64,000 bases of DNA from assembly GCA_048939995.1 (NCBI GenBank), contig JBHLOY010000013.1:13333-77332 (forward strand), read 5' to 3'. The notes under the pieces were generated by a model. That model was not told the DNA's origin and did not search any database. It saw only the letters and a list, made by a program, of their open reading frames with translations. The DNA comes from Promethearchaeota archaeon (GTDB taxonomy: Archaea; Asgardarchaeota; Lokiarchaeia; Sigyniarchaeales; SOKP01). Positions 37,101-44,729 of the stretch are shown in pieces (positions within the stretch are counted from its first letter, which is position 1; every line of letters begins with the position of its first letter). A program made the translations under genes and the position numbers.

Positions 37101-38408
37101 AATAAGAGAGCTTGAACCAGAGACTTTGGTATGGTCAATTGTAATTTCTTTGCGAAAATTAAAAGAGTTCACATTTGGAGGGCGTTTAAATGTCGTATAT
37201 TCTCTACTTACTGAATAAAATGAGCTAGGTTCGTATTGATTATTAAATTCCGTTGCAATCCAATCTGCAGAGCATGTTGTATTTAAGAGTCTTAATTCAT
37301 CAATTTTGCCTTTATAGAGTTGTAGGCTAGGACTATCTAAATTTATACCTATAGTAGCATTATTAGCATTAAAATCTATATTGTTAACAAATTCATCAAC
37401 TTGTTTGGAACCATTAATATATAATTTTAGAGTTGTTCCATCATATGTTCCTACTAAATGAGTCCAAATGTTATCATTTATACCATAATCAGAAATGGCA
37501 TATCCCATATTAAGCCCATCACCAATAGCTATTCTTGCATTTCTGCTAGATGATGAATGAAAGCCTTGAACCCTAATCCCTATCTGATCACCCCATGAAA
37601 AACCGCTACAAAAAATTGGAGAACGTGTGTCTATTGTTGTATTAAAAATTCCATTATACCATGTTTCAATGGTGAATGAGTTTATAGGTTTTAATCCTGA
37701 ATTGTTTCCTAAACTTATATAATCATTTCTTCCATCAAATTCTAAACTTCCAGCAATATGTCCTTTTACTTGATCATTACTACTCATTGACCCATGGGGA
37801 GTCCCATGATAAGAGTTGGATGTACTGTCCTTAACTTGAGATATAGATGGATCCTCCTTTAAATGCCATACCCCTTTATAGTTATTATTCCAAACACCTG
37901 TAGGATTTTCTCGAGCGTCCATAGTAGGATTTCCATAATACATAGTGATTTCAGTGTCCACTGATGTAGACAAGGAAGGTATTCGAACCCAGGCAACTAA
38001 ATGAGCATGAGTAGCGCTATAATTTTGATTAAATACTTCAATTTCATGGTCTAACCACTCATTCCCTATTGCAAATGCAATATCATTTCCATTAGATTGA
38101 ACATTTTGTCGTAAATCTTTATCGATAATCGAGATTAATAAAGGAAAATTCGTATGGCTTCCTATACCACTAACTTTCGTATTATCAATAGTTATTACTT
38201 TATAAAAATTGAAGTCAGTATAATTAATAGGAGAATTAGCTAGAGGAATCTTGATATTTAAATTATCTAGATTATTATGTGAGCGATTATTTTTTATAAG
38301 AATGTCTGATAAATTAATAATCGATAATGAACTACACGTAAAAAGGAGAATTAAAATTATAGCTTTAAAATTTACTTTTTTCAACCTACTTACCCTATTC
38401 TTATACAT
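31104..38408 (-). CDS. Paralogous giant surface protein: 3x(DUF2341+LamG), Ig-like stalk, TM, cytoplasmic domain
   Basis: Three KxITI..NF.V/LLIS..WLDHEIE..GVW/YHL..WIATE units; C-terminal half closely similar to 23593-30663. Confidence 0.85.
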   Translation of the reverse strand: MYKNRVSRLKKVNFKAIILILLFTCSSLSIINLSDILIKNNRSHNNLDNLNIKIPLANSPINYTDFNFYKVITIDNTKVSGIGSHTNFPLLISIIDKDLRQNVQSNGNDIAFAIGNEWLDHEIEVFNQNYSATHAHLVAWVRIPSLSTSVDTEITMYYGNPTMDARENPTGVWNNNYKGVWHLKEDPSISQVKDSTSNSYHGTPHGSMSSNDQVKGHIAGSLEFDGRNDYISLGNNSGLKPINSFTIETWYNGIFNTTIDTRSPIFCSGFSWGDQIGIRVQGFHSSSSRNARIAIGDGLNMGYAISDYGINDNIWTHLVGTYDGTTLKLYINGSKQVDEFVNNIDFNANNATIGINLDSPSLQLYKGKIDELRLLNTTCSADWIATEFNNQYEPSSFYSVSREYTTFKRPPNVNSFNFRKEITIDHTKVSGSSSLINFSVLISMYDSDLHDHAQPDGDDIVFTNGIEWLDHEIELFNQDFNITHAQLIAWVRIPSLSTSTDTKIYMYYGNSTMGPQENPMGVWNPNYVGVYHLNDAPTGIMNDVYDSTYHGNNGITNGSMDNIDLVNSQIGKGYDFDGIDDFINISRSSSLNSINDEGTLSLWINWVNSSKTGEYQRIMTTSNRFNRIAPNHRDGFEWSVNQNGDNFFYPWGGNSLNYNLKTNPFTNGIWHYLIVTFNYSNRNVTMYLDGSPSTFDIINVDTYWTQLAQLEDWLWGASVNISQLGHFEGKYDEIRISSKTHSADWIATEYNNQNDPKSFYSVGIEETNLARNVNYFAYYKVITINSTMVTGLNDLINFPVLISLFDSDLHIHTQTDGDDIAFYSGDTWLDHEIELFNQSYSATHAQLIIWVRIPSLSSSIDTNITMYYGNSTMGSQENPMGVWNPNYVGVWHLKEIGIGTVNEYADSSHYGNHGQGGLGNITYIPSKVTGSIGYGQNFSDHFIDCGNDTSLDLTTNQITIQLWMKYPLTHPWMGPLNHKGFYNGYRLVMDLNSQLMSFQLPGNESDLETAQTISSDIWHHVVATYNGTEMRIYVDGIPDPATLSKTNNIVSALPFSFRIGHGDQPEGVAWSYPWLGQIDEVRISQVGRSADWIATEYNNQYDPDSFYSVGAEYQSEDTSGPEITINSPNLNDIFGSSAPNYDLTVTDPNLDSIWYTLDGGATNSTPVSASGTIDQNMWSALGNGTVTIRFYANDTLGNISYKEIIVRKDIIKPSISINSPSPGSNHSTPPSYSLSITEANRDKIWYTLNDGLNNYTGALSGTINSIAWGNAGLGAVTITFYVNDSVGNWDSASVGVTKTSDLSISINLPNAAEWFRSNPDYDVYVSGNDRDSIWYTFDNGLNNYTITSSANLTDTWFGIFDSTAWDNAGQGSNTITFYLNNTFGIETSDSVQIYKDTINPSIDSIDSPLSGAWFSTLPPSYTLSITESNRDRIWYTLDGGLNNYTGALSGTIDSIAWNNAGQGSITIIFYVNDSAGNWDTASVVIYRDSINPSIDSIDSPLSGAWFSSLPPSYTLSITESNRDRIWYTLDGGLNNYTGALSGTIDSIAWNNAGQGSITIIFYVNDSAGNWDTASVVIYRDSINPSIDSIDSPLSGAWFSNLSPSYTLSITESNRDNIWYTLDGGLNNYTGALSGTIDSTAWNNAGQGSITIIFYVNDSAGNWDAASVVINRDTISPTVTIIEPTNYELFGNEPPDITININDPNLDNEWYQLDNGTIITNNYTWTGFIAQSVWDQVGNGTVIIRFYANDTLGNLGSAEVIVYKDVFAPIITINNPNFNEVFNSTAPSFIVSVSGSNLDSRWYTLDDGLVNYTFTGLTGTISQLAWSAQSDGDVIIRFYINNTLGVIGFDEITIIKDTLAPSVILNLPLNNSYCRISPMINVLAIDPNLDSIWYQVNSISILLGNNINQQLDISIWNSLSEGQFYVYIYANDTVNHLSNYILLVLYKDTIAPSVPILINFPQGEVSGTLIFEWYEGSDPSGILRYRLIIDNEANPLITPGFVFEINITGNYYEYTGSLQPGTYYFFLYQIDGAGNVSPAETDSFSIMSSSQPSEFPFWIIFIVIGVAIGGVVGAIVLKKSKSKKKKKAVPIQITEKQPITKPKLKVYEEFKSLDYETLKDKTEADLLIRREKVITHVNKLTEENDYVKAAEFAGETIIIEEILGNSQNADFYRQKQIDIAIKGLNYLKDQYEIESKKAAISGDYSKSLKLYNESKIVSENLKRYMDNQAKLEQDRKLEVAETPIVVGEVEIVYSCINDLLTKYFDEVGIKYYSNPQIYDDVQSKIHGLILFDDRISFLNIDPSIRDRIRSIQIIYTEDTSNEAIIKLSKEFQNEYTLLILVVIKWLENNESFSFQGPMKNVRINHYKAFIESIGLKGVYEEAFNEIIDLYFKGQFDILRETHELSEVIIHSTDELLYDLKEKGLVMYELKEYLHR
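33396..34223 (-). repeat. Three tandem 276-bp intragenic repeats
   Basis: GAAGGA marker at 33655, 33931, 34207; long identical stretches between copies. Confidence 0.92.
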
Positions 38409-38554
38409 TAAATTAATACCTTACAAAAGTAATATGAATATCATATAGTGGGTGAATTTTTAAATAATCGCAATGCGTAGTGATTTAAGGTTATTAATTT
38501 ATATCTTAATTGTTGAACTTTAATGAATTAATTATGAAATTATCCAGTAGGAAT

Positions 38555-39127
38555 CTATCGTAAAAAAAATTTTGATTTATTAGGAATAGGAAGTGAATTA
38601 GGAATTTCCTCAAGATTAATATTCTTTAACATTAACCTAGTTAAAGTATTAAACACTTTTTCTATATTTACCCCTGTCTTGCTAGAGCACTCTATAAAAT
38701 CATCAAGCCCCATTAATTTTGCGCTGTTCTCGCCTTTCTCGAATGATACTTTTCTTTGATTCTCTAGATCAGTCTTTCCACCGACTAGAATGATTGGAAA
38801 TATCTGTTTTGATTCACTAATGATCGATAACCAATCACTCAAATGATAGAGTGAAGATTGATTCGTGATATCATACATCATTACTCCGCCCATTGCTCCA
38901 AGCACATATTGAGGAAAGAGGAACCTAAAACTCTTTTCCCCACCAAAATCCCAGATCATTAGCTTTACGTTAAATCCATCTATCGAAAGGCTTGTAGCAT
39001 CAAAATCGACTCCAATTGTTTTATAAGTATTTGGGATGAATTTTGTTGTTAAAAACCGCTGAGTTAAGGTTGTTTTGCCACACCCAGCATCACCAAAAAT
39101 AACAACTTTGAAAATTGCATCAAACAT
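38555..39127 (-). CDS. Rab-like small GTPase
   Basis: GDAGCGKTT, YKTIGVDF, WDFGGE, GGKTD, ECSSK. Confidence 0.92.
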   Translation of the reverse strand: MFDAIFKVVIFGDAGCGKTTLTQRFLTTKFIPNTYKTIGVDFDATSLSIDGFNVKLMIWDFGGEKSFRFLFPQYVLGAMGGVMMYDITNQSSLYHLSDWLSIISESKQIFPIILVGGKTDLENQRKVSFEKGENSAKLMGLDDFIECSSKTGVNIEKVFNTLTRLMLKNINLEEIPNSLPIPNKSKFFLR

Positions 39128-39158
39128 TTTAAATATCGATTTTTAATTAAATTTTAAA

Positions 39159-39671
39159 TTATGAATAATGTATTAATTCAATTGCACAGTTCCCCTTAAA
39201 TTTTATCCCATTACACAATTTTCCTGTTATTTCAATTTGACAGAATTGTTGCGGCTCAAGAAGATCTATTAACGTACTTCTATCAAACTTTACCATCAAT
39301 TCTGGAATATTATCATTATTAATAACCTTAATTGAGCATGGTCTCATTTCGGGGACTATTATTTGATTTAAAGAAATTGTATTAATATTAATTTCATTAA
39401 GATCATACTCATATGGAGGAGGTAAACTAATATATGCTAAAATCCATTTTCCTTTACTCTTACAGTTAAGCCTACCTGGATGAATATTAATTGTTGCTAT
39501 GATAGTTTTTGATTTTTTTTTCTCTTCTTCTTGAAAAGTTCCCATTGCTTTGTCTATTTCTGTAATTTCTTCAGAATAACTTGTTATAAATAATAAAGTA
39601 TTGAAACTTGGTATCAATACTATGCCTAGACTAACTAGTGTTAAAACTAACCCTGTTAGTATCCTTTTCAT
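39159..39671 (-). CDS. Small secreted or membrane-anchored protein
   Basis: MKRILTGLVLTLVSLGIVLIP signal after a GGGGT SD-like site; IHPGRLNCKSKGKWILAYISLP...LMVKFDR domain typical of extracellular proteins. Confidence 0.65.
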   Translation of the reverse strand: MKRILTGLVLTLVSLGIVLIPSFNTLLFITSYSEEITEIDKAMGTFQEEEKKKSKTIIATINIHPGRLNCKSKGKWILAYISLPPPYEYDLNEININTISLNQIIVPEMRPCSIKVINNDNIPELMVKFDRSTLIDLLEPQQFCQIEITGKLCNGIKFKGNCAIELIHYS

Positions 39672-39883
39672 TATTACCCCTTTGTGTAATAGACTAATGC
39701 AAAAATAAAAATAATAATATTCATATATAAATCTTTTCAATAAAAATGCTCAATTTATCGTTTTTTTCACAGAAGTTAATGCTATTTTGTTTTTCATGAG
39801 ATATTTTAATTTTATTCCTTTTTATCCTACGAAATACACGAAATATTCTTCTTGCAAGAAAACGTCTAAAAACTAAGGTTCTA

Positions 39884-40006
39884 GACTTAGATATCCAAAG
39901 TTTCAGACTTGGAGTATTTATGTTAAAAGAGATAATTGAATTAAATTATGGTAAGATAAGCATTGAATCATTAGGGAGAAATAGAGGAAGTAGGCAGGAC
40001 CTTTAA
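39884..40006 (+). pseudogene. Histidine kinase HATPase C-terminal remnant
   Basis: DLDIQSFRLGVFMLKEIIELNYGKISIESLGRNRGS resembles the G2-box end GxGLGLxIxKEIxELHxGxIxxESxGRNxGS. Confidence 0.5.
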
Positions 40007-40138
40007 ATAAAAGATATTCACTACCTGCTGCTTCAACCAAAATAATTGCGAAAATAGAAGTAATATACCTTAATTATAATTTTCTTACCTTTTATAAAGA
40101 CAAAAAAGTTTTAATTTTTAGCAAAAAACCCAATACCT

Positions 40139-40747
40139 ATGAATCTATTTCAAATTTTAGCAATATGTGGAATACTTAGTCCGATTATATATACTGCGAT
40201 GTGGGCTATTATTGGTAGTGTTCAGAAGGATTATAGTCATATTCGCGATGATATAAGCTCACTTTTTGCAGTCGGTGCTCCCTACAGACGTTTTGCACAA
40301 GCGCTCATGATAATATCAAGTATTTTATTGCTTGTGTTTTATATTGGATTACATGAGGGTATAAACGATGTAGGAGGTTCAATCTTAGGCCCTATTTTAT
40401 TCTTGATCAGTTCCATTTTAGGCACTCTCGTGGCTCTCTTTTTCCCTCTTGATGAAGGAGGTGAAATAAAAACTTTTAGAGGAAAAATGCATATAGCACT
40501 GGTAATCGCGATGGGATTATTAACAATCGCAGGCATGGTGGCATTGTGGATTCGATTACAATTTGTAACCGGTTGGAGCGTTTTTGCCACATACTCACTT
40601 GTTTCAGCTGTAGTTTCTTTAGTTTTAACAGTTGCCTCTGGTATTTTCGCTACAGGTAAATATAGGGGTATACTCGAGAGAATAGGAGTGACTCCTTATC
40701 AGTTATACTATTTTGTTCTTGGTCTGATGCTTTTTTTGTCTAATTAA
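40139..40747 (+). CDS. DUF998-family membrane protein
   Basis: YSHIRDDISSL, FPLD, MH, GILER; about 6 TM. Confidence 0.8.
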   Translation: MNLFQILAICGILSPIIYTAMWAIIGSVQKDYSHIRDDISSLFAVGAPYRRFAQALMIISSILLLVFYIGLHEGINDVGGSILGPILFLISSILGTLVALFFPLDEGGEIKTFRGKMHIALVIAMGLLTIAGMVALWIRLQFVTGWSVFATYSLVSAVVSLVLTVASGIFATGKYRGILERIGVTPYQLYYFVLGLMLFLSN

Positions 40748-40842
40748 TCAGCAAAGTAATCTTCGCTTACTCATCAAAAGGAAAAATTAAAAAAAAATTA
40801 ATAATAAATTCCTATTCTTTACCACGCATCGTTTATTCCATC

Positions 40843-40859
40843 TTGAACATAGAGTTCAA
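40843..40859. promoter_or_regulatory. Third copy of the TTGAAC-N5-GTTCAA palindrome core
   Basis: TTGAAC-ATAGA-GTTCAA ~70 bp upstream of the 40927 gene, ahead of an AT-rich TATA-like stretch. Confidence 0.45.
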
Positions 40860-40926
40860 TCAACTCTCTTTTTAAAAAACTTTTAAAATGATATACTCAA
40901 ATTATGACTAAACTAAATTATTTAAT

Positions 40927-41703
40927 TTGGAGAGGGAGAATTTGAACAACGAAATTGATAGCTCTATTTATAGTGAGAATTTTTATCTAAAAAATAAAAA
41001 AAAGATATTCAAAGAATTTAATCTATTAATAAAAACTGCAAAAACAGTTCTCTCATCAAAAAATAGTGAATTAATTCTTGATTCTATTGAAAAAGAGGCT
41101 CAAATTGAGTTTGAAAACCTTCTTTCAAGACTTCCTTATGTTGGTGGTAATAGATCACCCTTTACTTCTTTTATGATCCAATCTGCAGAAACGATCGCAC
41201 TTTACAAAGCGAGTAAATCACTCAACTTATCTAGGCGAGAAATAGGTGAACTTATTTATGACATAGCTGAGAATTCTGCTCAATCTATTCCCTCCCTTAA
41301 AAAATGGTTATTTAGGAAAGCTGTTTTTTCTAAAAAGATGAAGAACTCTTGGAGAGAGTGGTTAAAGGAGAGCCAAAAGCGTGAATATCCTGAAAATTGG
41401 GTTGGTGATTTTATTGATGGTGAGGGCAAAATGTTTGATTATGGGTTTAACTTTACGGAGTGTGGTTGGATTAAACTTATAAAGAATGAGGGTGCCGAAG
41501 ATATTGCTCCATATGCATGTTTATGCGATTTTGCTAGAATGAAAGCAATTGGTGTAGGATTTAAAAGAACTAAAACGATTGCAAATGGAGCTGAAATCTG
41601 TGACTTTCGATTTGTCAAAAATTTTCCAACTTCTTCTGGTTGGCCACCAGAAGCTCTTGAAGAAAGTAAAAAACGAACGGACAAAAATGTAGATTCCAGA
41701 TAA
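40927..41703 (+). CDS. L-2-amino-thiazoline-4-carboxylic acid hydrolase-family (V4R-like) protein
   Basis: FTECG, PYACLCD, FKRTKTIANGAEICDFRF. Confidence 0.82.
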   Translation: MERENLNNEIDSSIYSENFYLKNKKKIFKEFNLLIKTAKTVLSSKNSELILDSIEKEAQIEFENLLSRLPYVGGNRSPFTSFMIQSAETIALYKASKSLNLSRREIGELIYDIAENSAQSIPSLKKWLFRKAVFSKKMKNSWREWLKESQKREYPENWVGDFIDGEGKMFDYGFNFTECGWIKLIKNEGAEDIAPYACLCDFARMKAIGVGFKRTKTIANGAEICDFRFVKNFPTSSGWPPEALEESKKRTDKNVDSR

Positions 41704-41861
41704 CCTTCAATAGAGCGTAAGTGAGAGGTTTTTTATGTTATTCCATGCAAATTTTGCACTTATAATTAAAAATGGCTCTACTTTAACTAAAAAATTAGAT
41801 TTAATATTGAAAATGAAATAGATAAATAAAATTTACCTCAAAAAGTAGGTTGCTTAATTAA

Positions 41862-42452
41862 ATGAGTGAAAAAAGTTTTGGATCCTCATTAAAAGTTAAA
41901 GAATCAAAACCAAAAGCTAAATTATATCAAAAGTATCCAATCTATCGAGTATTAATTTATGAAGCTTCAACAATTTTACATTATTTAATAGGAGGAATAG
42001 GATTAATAATTGGGTATACATTTTTGTGGTTGGGATATCTAATTGGTTCAATCTATATTATTTTTGCTTTTCTACAGATGTATATTCTTATGCCATTGAC
42101 TGTGTGCCCAAATTGTGTCTATTACAGAATGGAAAATTCATGCTGTGTATCTGGTTTGAATAAAATCTCAAGAGTGTTAGCGAAGGAAGGGAATCCGGAA
42201 GATTTTCCAAAAAGGGCTAAGGGTTTATTGTGTTACAATAACATTTATATGGCTACTTTATTCTTCCCAATCATAGCCTTAATCCCTGCTTTAATTTTAA
42301 ATTTCTCTCTAGTTCTATTAATCATGTTTCTGATAGTCTTGGGCTTACTAGTATTTCGTTTCTTTGTTATTTTTCCTAAAATAGCATGTTTACACTGTCA
42401 AGCAAAGTATACTTGTCCTATTGGTGAAAAAATAGGTGTTCGAGATAAGTGA
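41862..42452 (+). CDS. Four-TM membrane protein with Cys clusters, unknown function
   Basis: VCPNCVYY..CCVSG and ACLHC...CP after TM pairs. Confidence 0.7.
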   Translation: MSEKSFGSSLKVKESKPKAKLYQKYPIYRVLIYEASTILHYLIGGIGLIIGYTFLWLGYLIGSIYIIFAFLQMYILMPLTVCPNCVYYRMENSCCVSGLNKISRVLAKEGNPEDFPKRAKGLLCYNNIYMATLFFPIIALIPALILNFSLVLLIMFLIVLGLLVFRFFVIFPKIACLHCQAKYTCPIGEKIGVRDK

Positions 42453-42556
42453 GAATTGAAAATTAAATTGTTATTTAGTTTTTATTCTATTAATAAAGTG
42501 TTTTTAAATGAGGAATTTTATTTTCTTAATAAAACAAAGTGATGAGGTGAACTATT

Positions 42557-42895
42557 ATTCCAAATTTACTAAATATAAAATGTGTACCATGTGAAGGTGG
42601 TATACCTCCACTTCTTGAAGGAAAAGAAAATGAGTATCTCAAGGAAGTAGAAGGATGGTCCCTAATTAGGGATGGTGTTCATCGAATTAAAAAGGAATTC
42701 TTTTTTGAAGATTTCAAGGAGTCTATGAAATTTGTAAATAAAGTAGCAGATCTTGCAGAGGAAGAGGGTCATCATCCTGATATCTATATATTCTATGATG
42801 AAGTTGTCTTAGAATTACATACACACGCAATAAAAGGACTCCATCTTAATGATTTTGTTATGGCTGCAAAAATTAATGCTATAAATCAAGAATAG
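42557..42895 (+). CDS. Pterin-4-alpha-carbinolamine dehydratase (PhhB/PCD family), apparently with an ATT start
   Basis: KCVPCEGGIPPL..W..FEDFKESMKFVNKVADLAEEEGHHPDI..THAIKGLHLNDFVMAAKI; missed by the ORF track; GAGGTGA SD at 42544-42550. Confidence 0.88.
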   Translation: MPNLLNIKCVPCEGGIPPLLEGKENEYLKEVEGWSLIRDGVHRIKKEFFFEDFKESMKFVNKVADLAEEEGHHPDIYIFYDEVVLELHTHAIKGLHLNDFVMAAKINAINQE

Positions 42896-42927
42896 AGAAG
42901 AAAAAGGGGTTTATACTTATTTTCCTT

Positions 42928-43377
42928 CTAAGAATTAAGGAATTTTTCAAGGATTTCTAATTTATGTTTGTCAAACCTTCCCTCAGTGCGCCAGATAATC
43001 TCTCCTTTTTTATTTATTAGAAATAAATAAATTGTATCTTCAGAAAGTATTTTTAATTTCTTTTTAAACAGACTTTTATTTATATATAATGTTATTGTTC
43101 TTTCCCTCACTGCCTTATCTGGGATTCCAGCCCTCATTCCACCATCAATCATAAATCTCATTACTTTATAACCCTTACTTAATGTTGGTATTTCATAATA
43201 CTTAAAGTTTGAATATTGCTTTTCTAGGGAATTCAAGTGAAAACTCCACTCATCTACTAAACTTTGATGCCAGCGGTGGAAAGGTATAATTAGTAAATTA
43301 AGTGTGCCTTCTAGATTATAAGGTAAATTAAAATTTTCAAATTCTAAATTTTGCCCGGAAACTTCTGGAAACATCAT
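42928..43377 (-). CDS. Thioredoxin-fold protein, ATP10-like family
   Basis: FPEVSGQNL..LP, QSLVDEW, YEIP, IDGGMRAGIP, LFLINKKGEIIWRTEG. Confidence 0.55.
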   Translation of the reverse strand: MMFPEVSGQNLEFENFNLPYNLEGTLNLLIIPFHRWHQSLVDEWSFHLNSLEKQYSNFKYYEIPTLSKGYKVMRFMIDGGMRAGIPDKAVRERTITLYINKSLFKKKLKILSEDTIYLFLINKKGEIIWRTEGRFDKHKLEILEKFLNS

Positions 43378-43631
43378 TTTTATGACTTTTATTGAATTCT
43401 TTATTTTTATATAATATAATTTGGTATAAAAAAATTAATATAATGAAGAATATGTTTTAAGTTAGTTTCGTCTACCTAAATTATTAAAAATAAGCAAAAG
43501 AATTACAAATTATTAATTTCAACTAATGAACAGCTCTATAGCCTACAATAAAGAATTTTAAGTAAATACTGAAATAATAATAAAAAAGAATTATAGCTTG
43601 ATTTACCCTTCAAGTATGACAATTATCAATT

Positions 43632-43856
43632 CTATAACTTCATATATAAGTTATTGACTTGAACACATCCAGTATTGCTTCCATTCTCAGCATTTGCGAA
43701 GCATCTTTTCTCAGGGCTTTTAGTGAATTTTGCACAACCCCAACACCACAATTTATTAAAAGAGATCAATTTTTTCTTATTAGTAGCACGAACTTTTTCA
43801 CACAGTGCTAATGCCTCATCAAATTCTAAATTTAGTTTACTCATTATCTTTTTCAC
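43632..43856 (-). CDS. Small Cys-rich hypothetical protein
   Basis: C..CWGC..RC..GC; abuts upstream gene 43858-44508. Confidence 0.6.
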   Translation of the reverse strand: MKKIMSKLNLEFDEALALCEKVRATNKKKLISFNKLWCWGCAKFTKSPEKRCFANAENGSNTGCVQVNNLYMKL

Positions 43857-43857
43857 C

Positions 43858-44508
43858 TTATTTTCTTACTTGAATATTCATTCTGATTTTAAGATAATTT
43901 GCTATATACCATCCCATAAAACCCCCCATGATTCCTTGAATGATTGAATATGGTATCATAAAATATCCATATGTGAGAAAATGCTCAACTTCAGGTGACG
44001 TTGGTTTATATAAAGTCTCCAAAGCTAAAATACTTAATAATATAAAACCAACTGAAGCAATTAAGGAAGAGATTAAAATTGCCCTTCTCTCATTTTTAGC
44101 AGGTTTCAATAACCATAGAGATAAATCTATAATTAATCCATATGCAATATAGATTAATGCCCAATATACCGCAGACCAGGGAGTTTTTAAAGTGTTCTCT
44201 ATCTGCCATTCTATTATAAATTCAATTGGAATACCTATAATCCCATTCATTCCAAAAAAGAAAACAGCTGTGCCTTTTGTTTTGAGATAAACACAGAAAA
44301 AGTAGGTTACCCCCATTAGAAAAATCATGACAAAATAAAGATATATATAGCCTATTCCTATCATGATAATATCAAAAAACACAGTAAAGATTGCTGATAA
44401 TATCGCTATAATCATAAATCCAAGAATATTCAAAGCTAAGGATCTCTTATCCCAAGGTTTATACCAACTTGAGTCTTTTATTCGATCCAACATTACTATT
44501 TCTTTCAT
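43858..44508 (-). CDS. Integral membrane protein (about 6 TM; possibly ECF S-component-like)
   Basis: Hydrophobic pattern; GAGGTAG SD upstream; C-terminal GxxGGxxG helix. Confidence 0.65.
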   Translation of the reverse strand: MKEIVMLDRIKDSSWYKPWDKRSLALNILGFMIIAILSAIFTVFFDIIMIGIGYIYLYFVMIFLMGVTYFFCVYLKTKGTAVFFFGMNGIIGIPIEFIIEWQIENTLKTPWSAVYWALIYIAYGLIIDLSLWLLKPAKNERRAILISSLIASVGFILLSILALETLYKPTSPEVEHFLTYGYFMIPYSIIQGIMGGFMGWYIANYLKIRMNIQVRK

Positions 44509-44631
44509 GCTTTCTACCTCCTTTTAATTAGATTTAACTTCTTTAAGAAAAACAGAGAATATTTACTCCATTTTTCCCATTTATCAAGAAAGATATGCTT
44601 TATTTAAAGAATATGACAATTTCAATCACTT

Positions 44632-44696
44632 AAAGTGGACATAAATTTTAGATAAAATGTCCAGTTTCATAAAAGTAAATAAGGAAGTTGGACAAT
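44632..44696. promoter_or_regulatory. Inverted repeat between divergent genes, candidate Lrp/AsnC operator
   Basis: AAAGTGGACAT (44632-44642) and ATGTCCAGTTT (44657-44667), plus TGGACA near 44689. Confidence 0.45.
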
Positions 44697-44729
44697 AATT
44701 AAATTAAAAAAATTATAAGTTAGCTTAAA

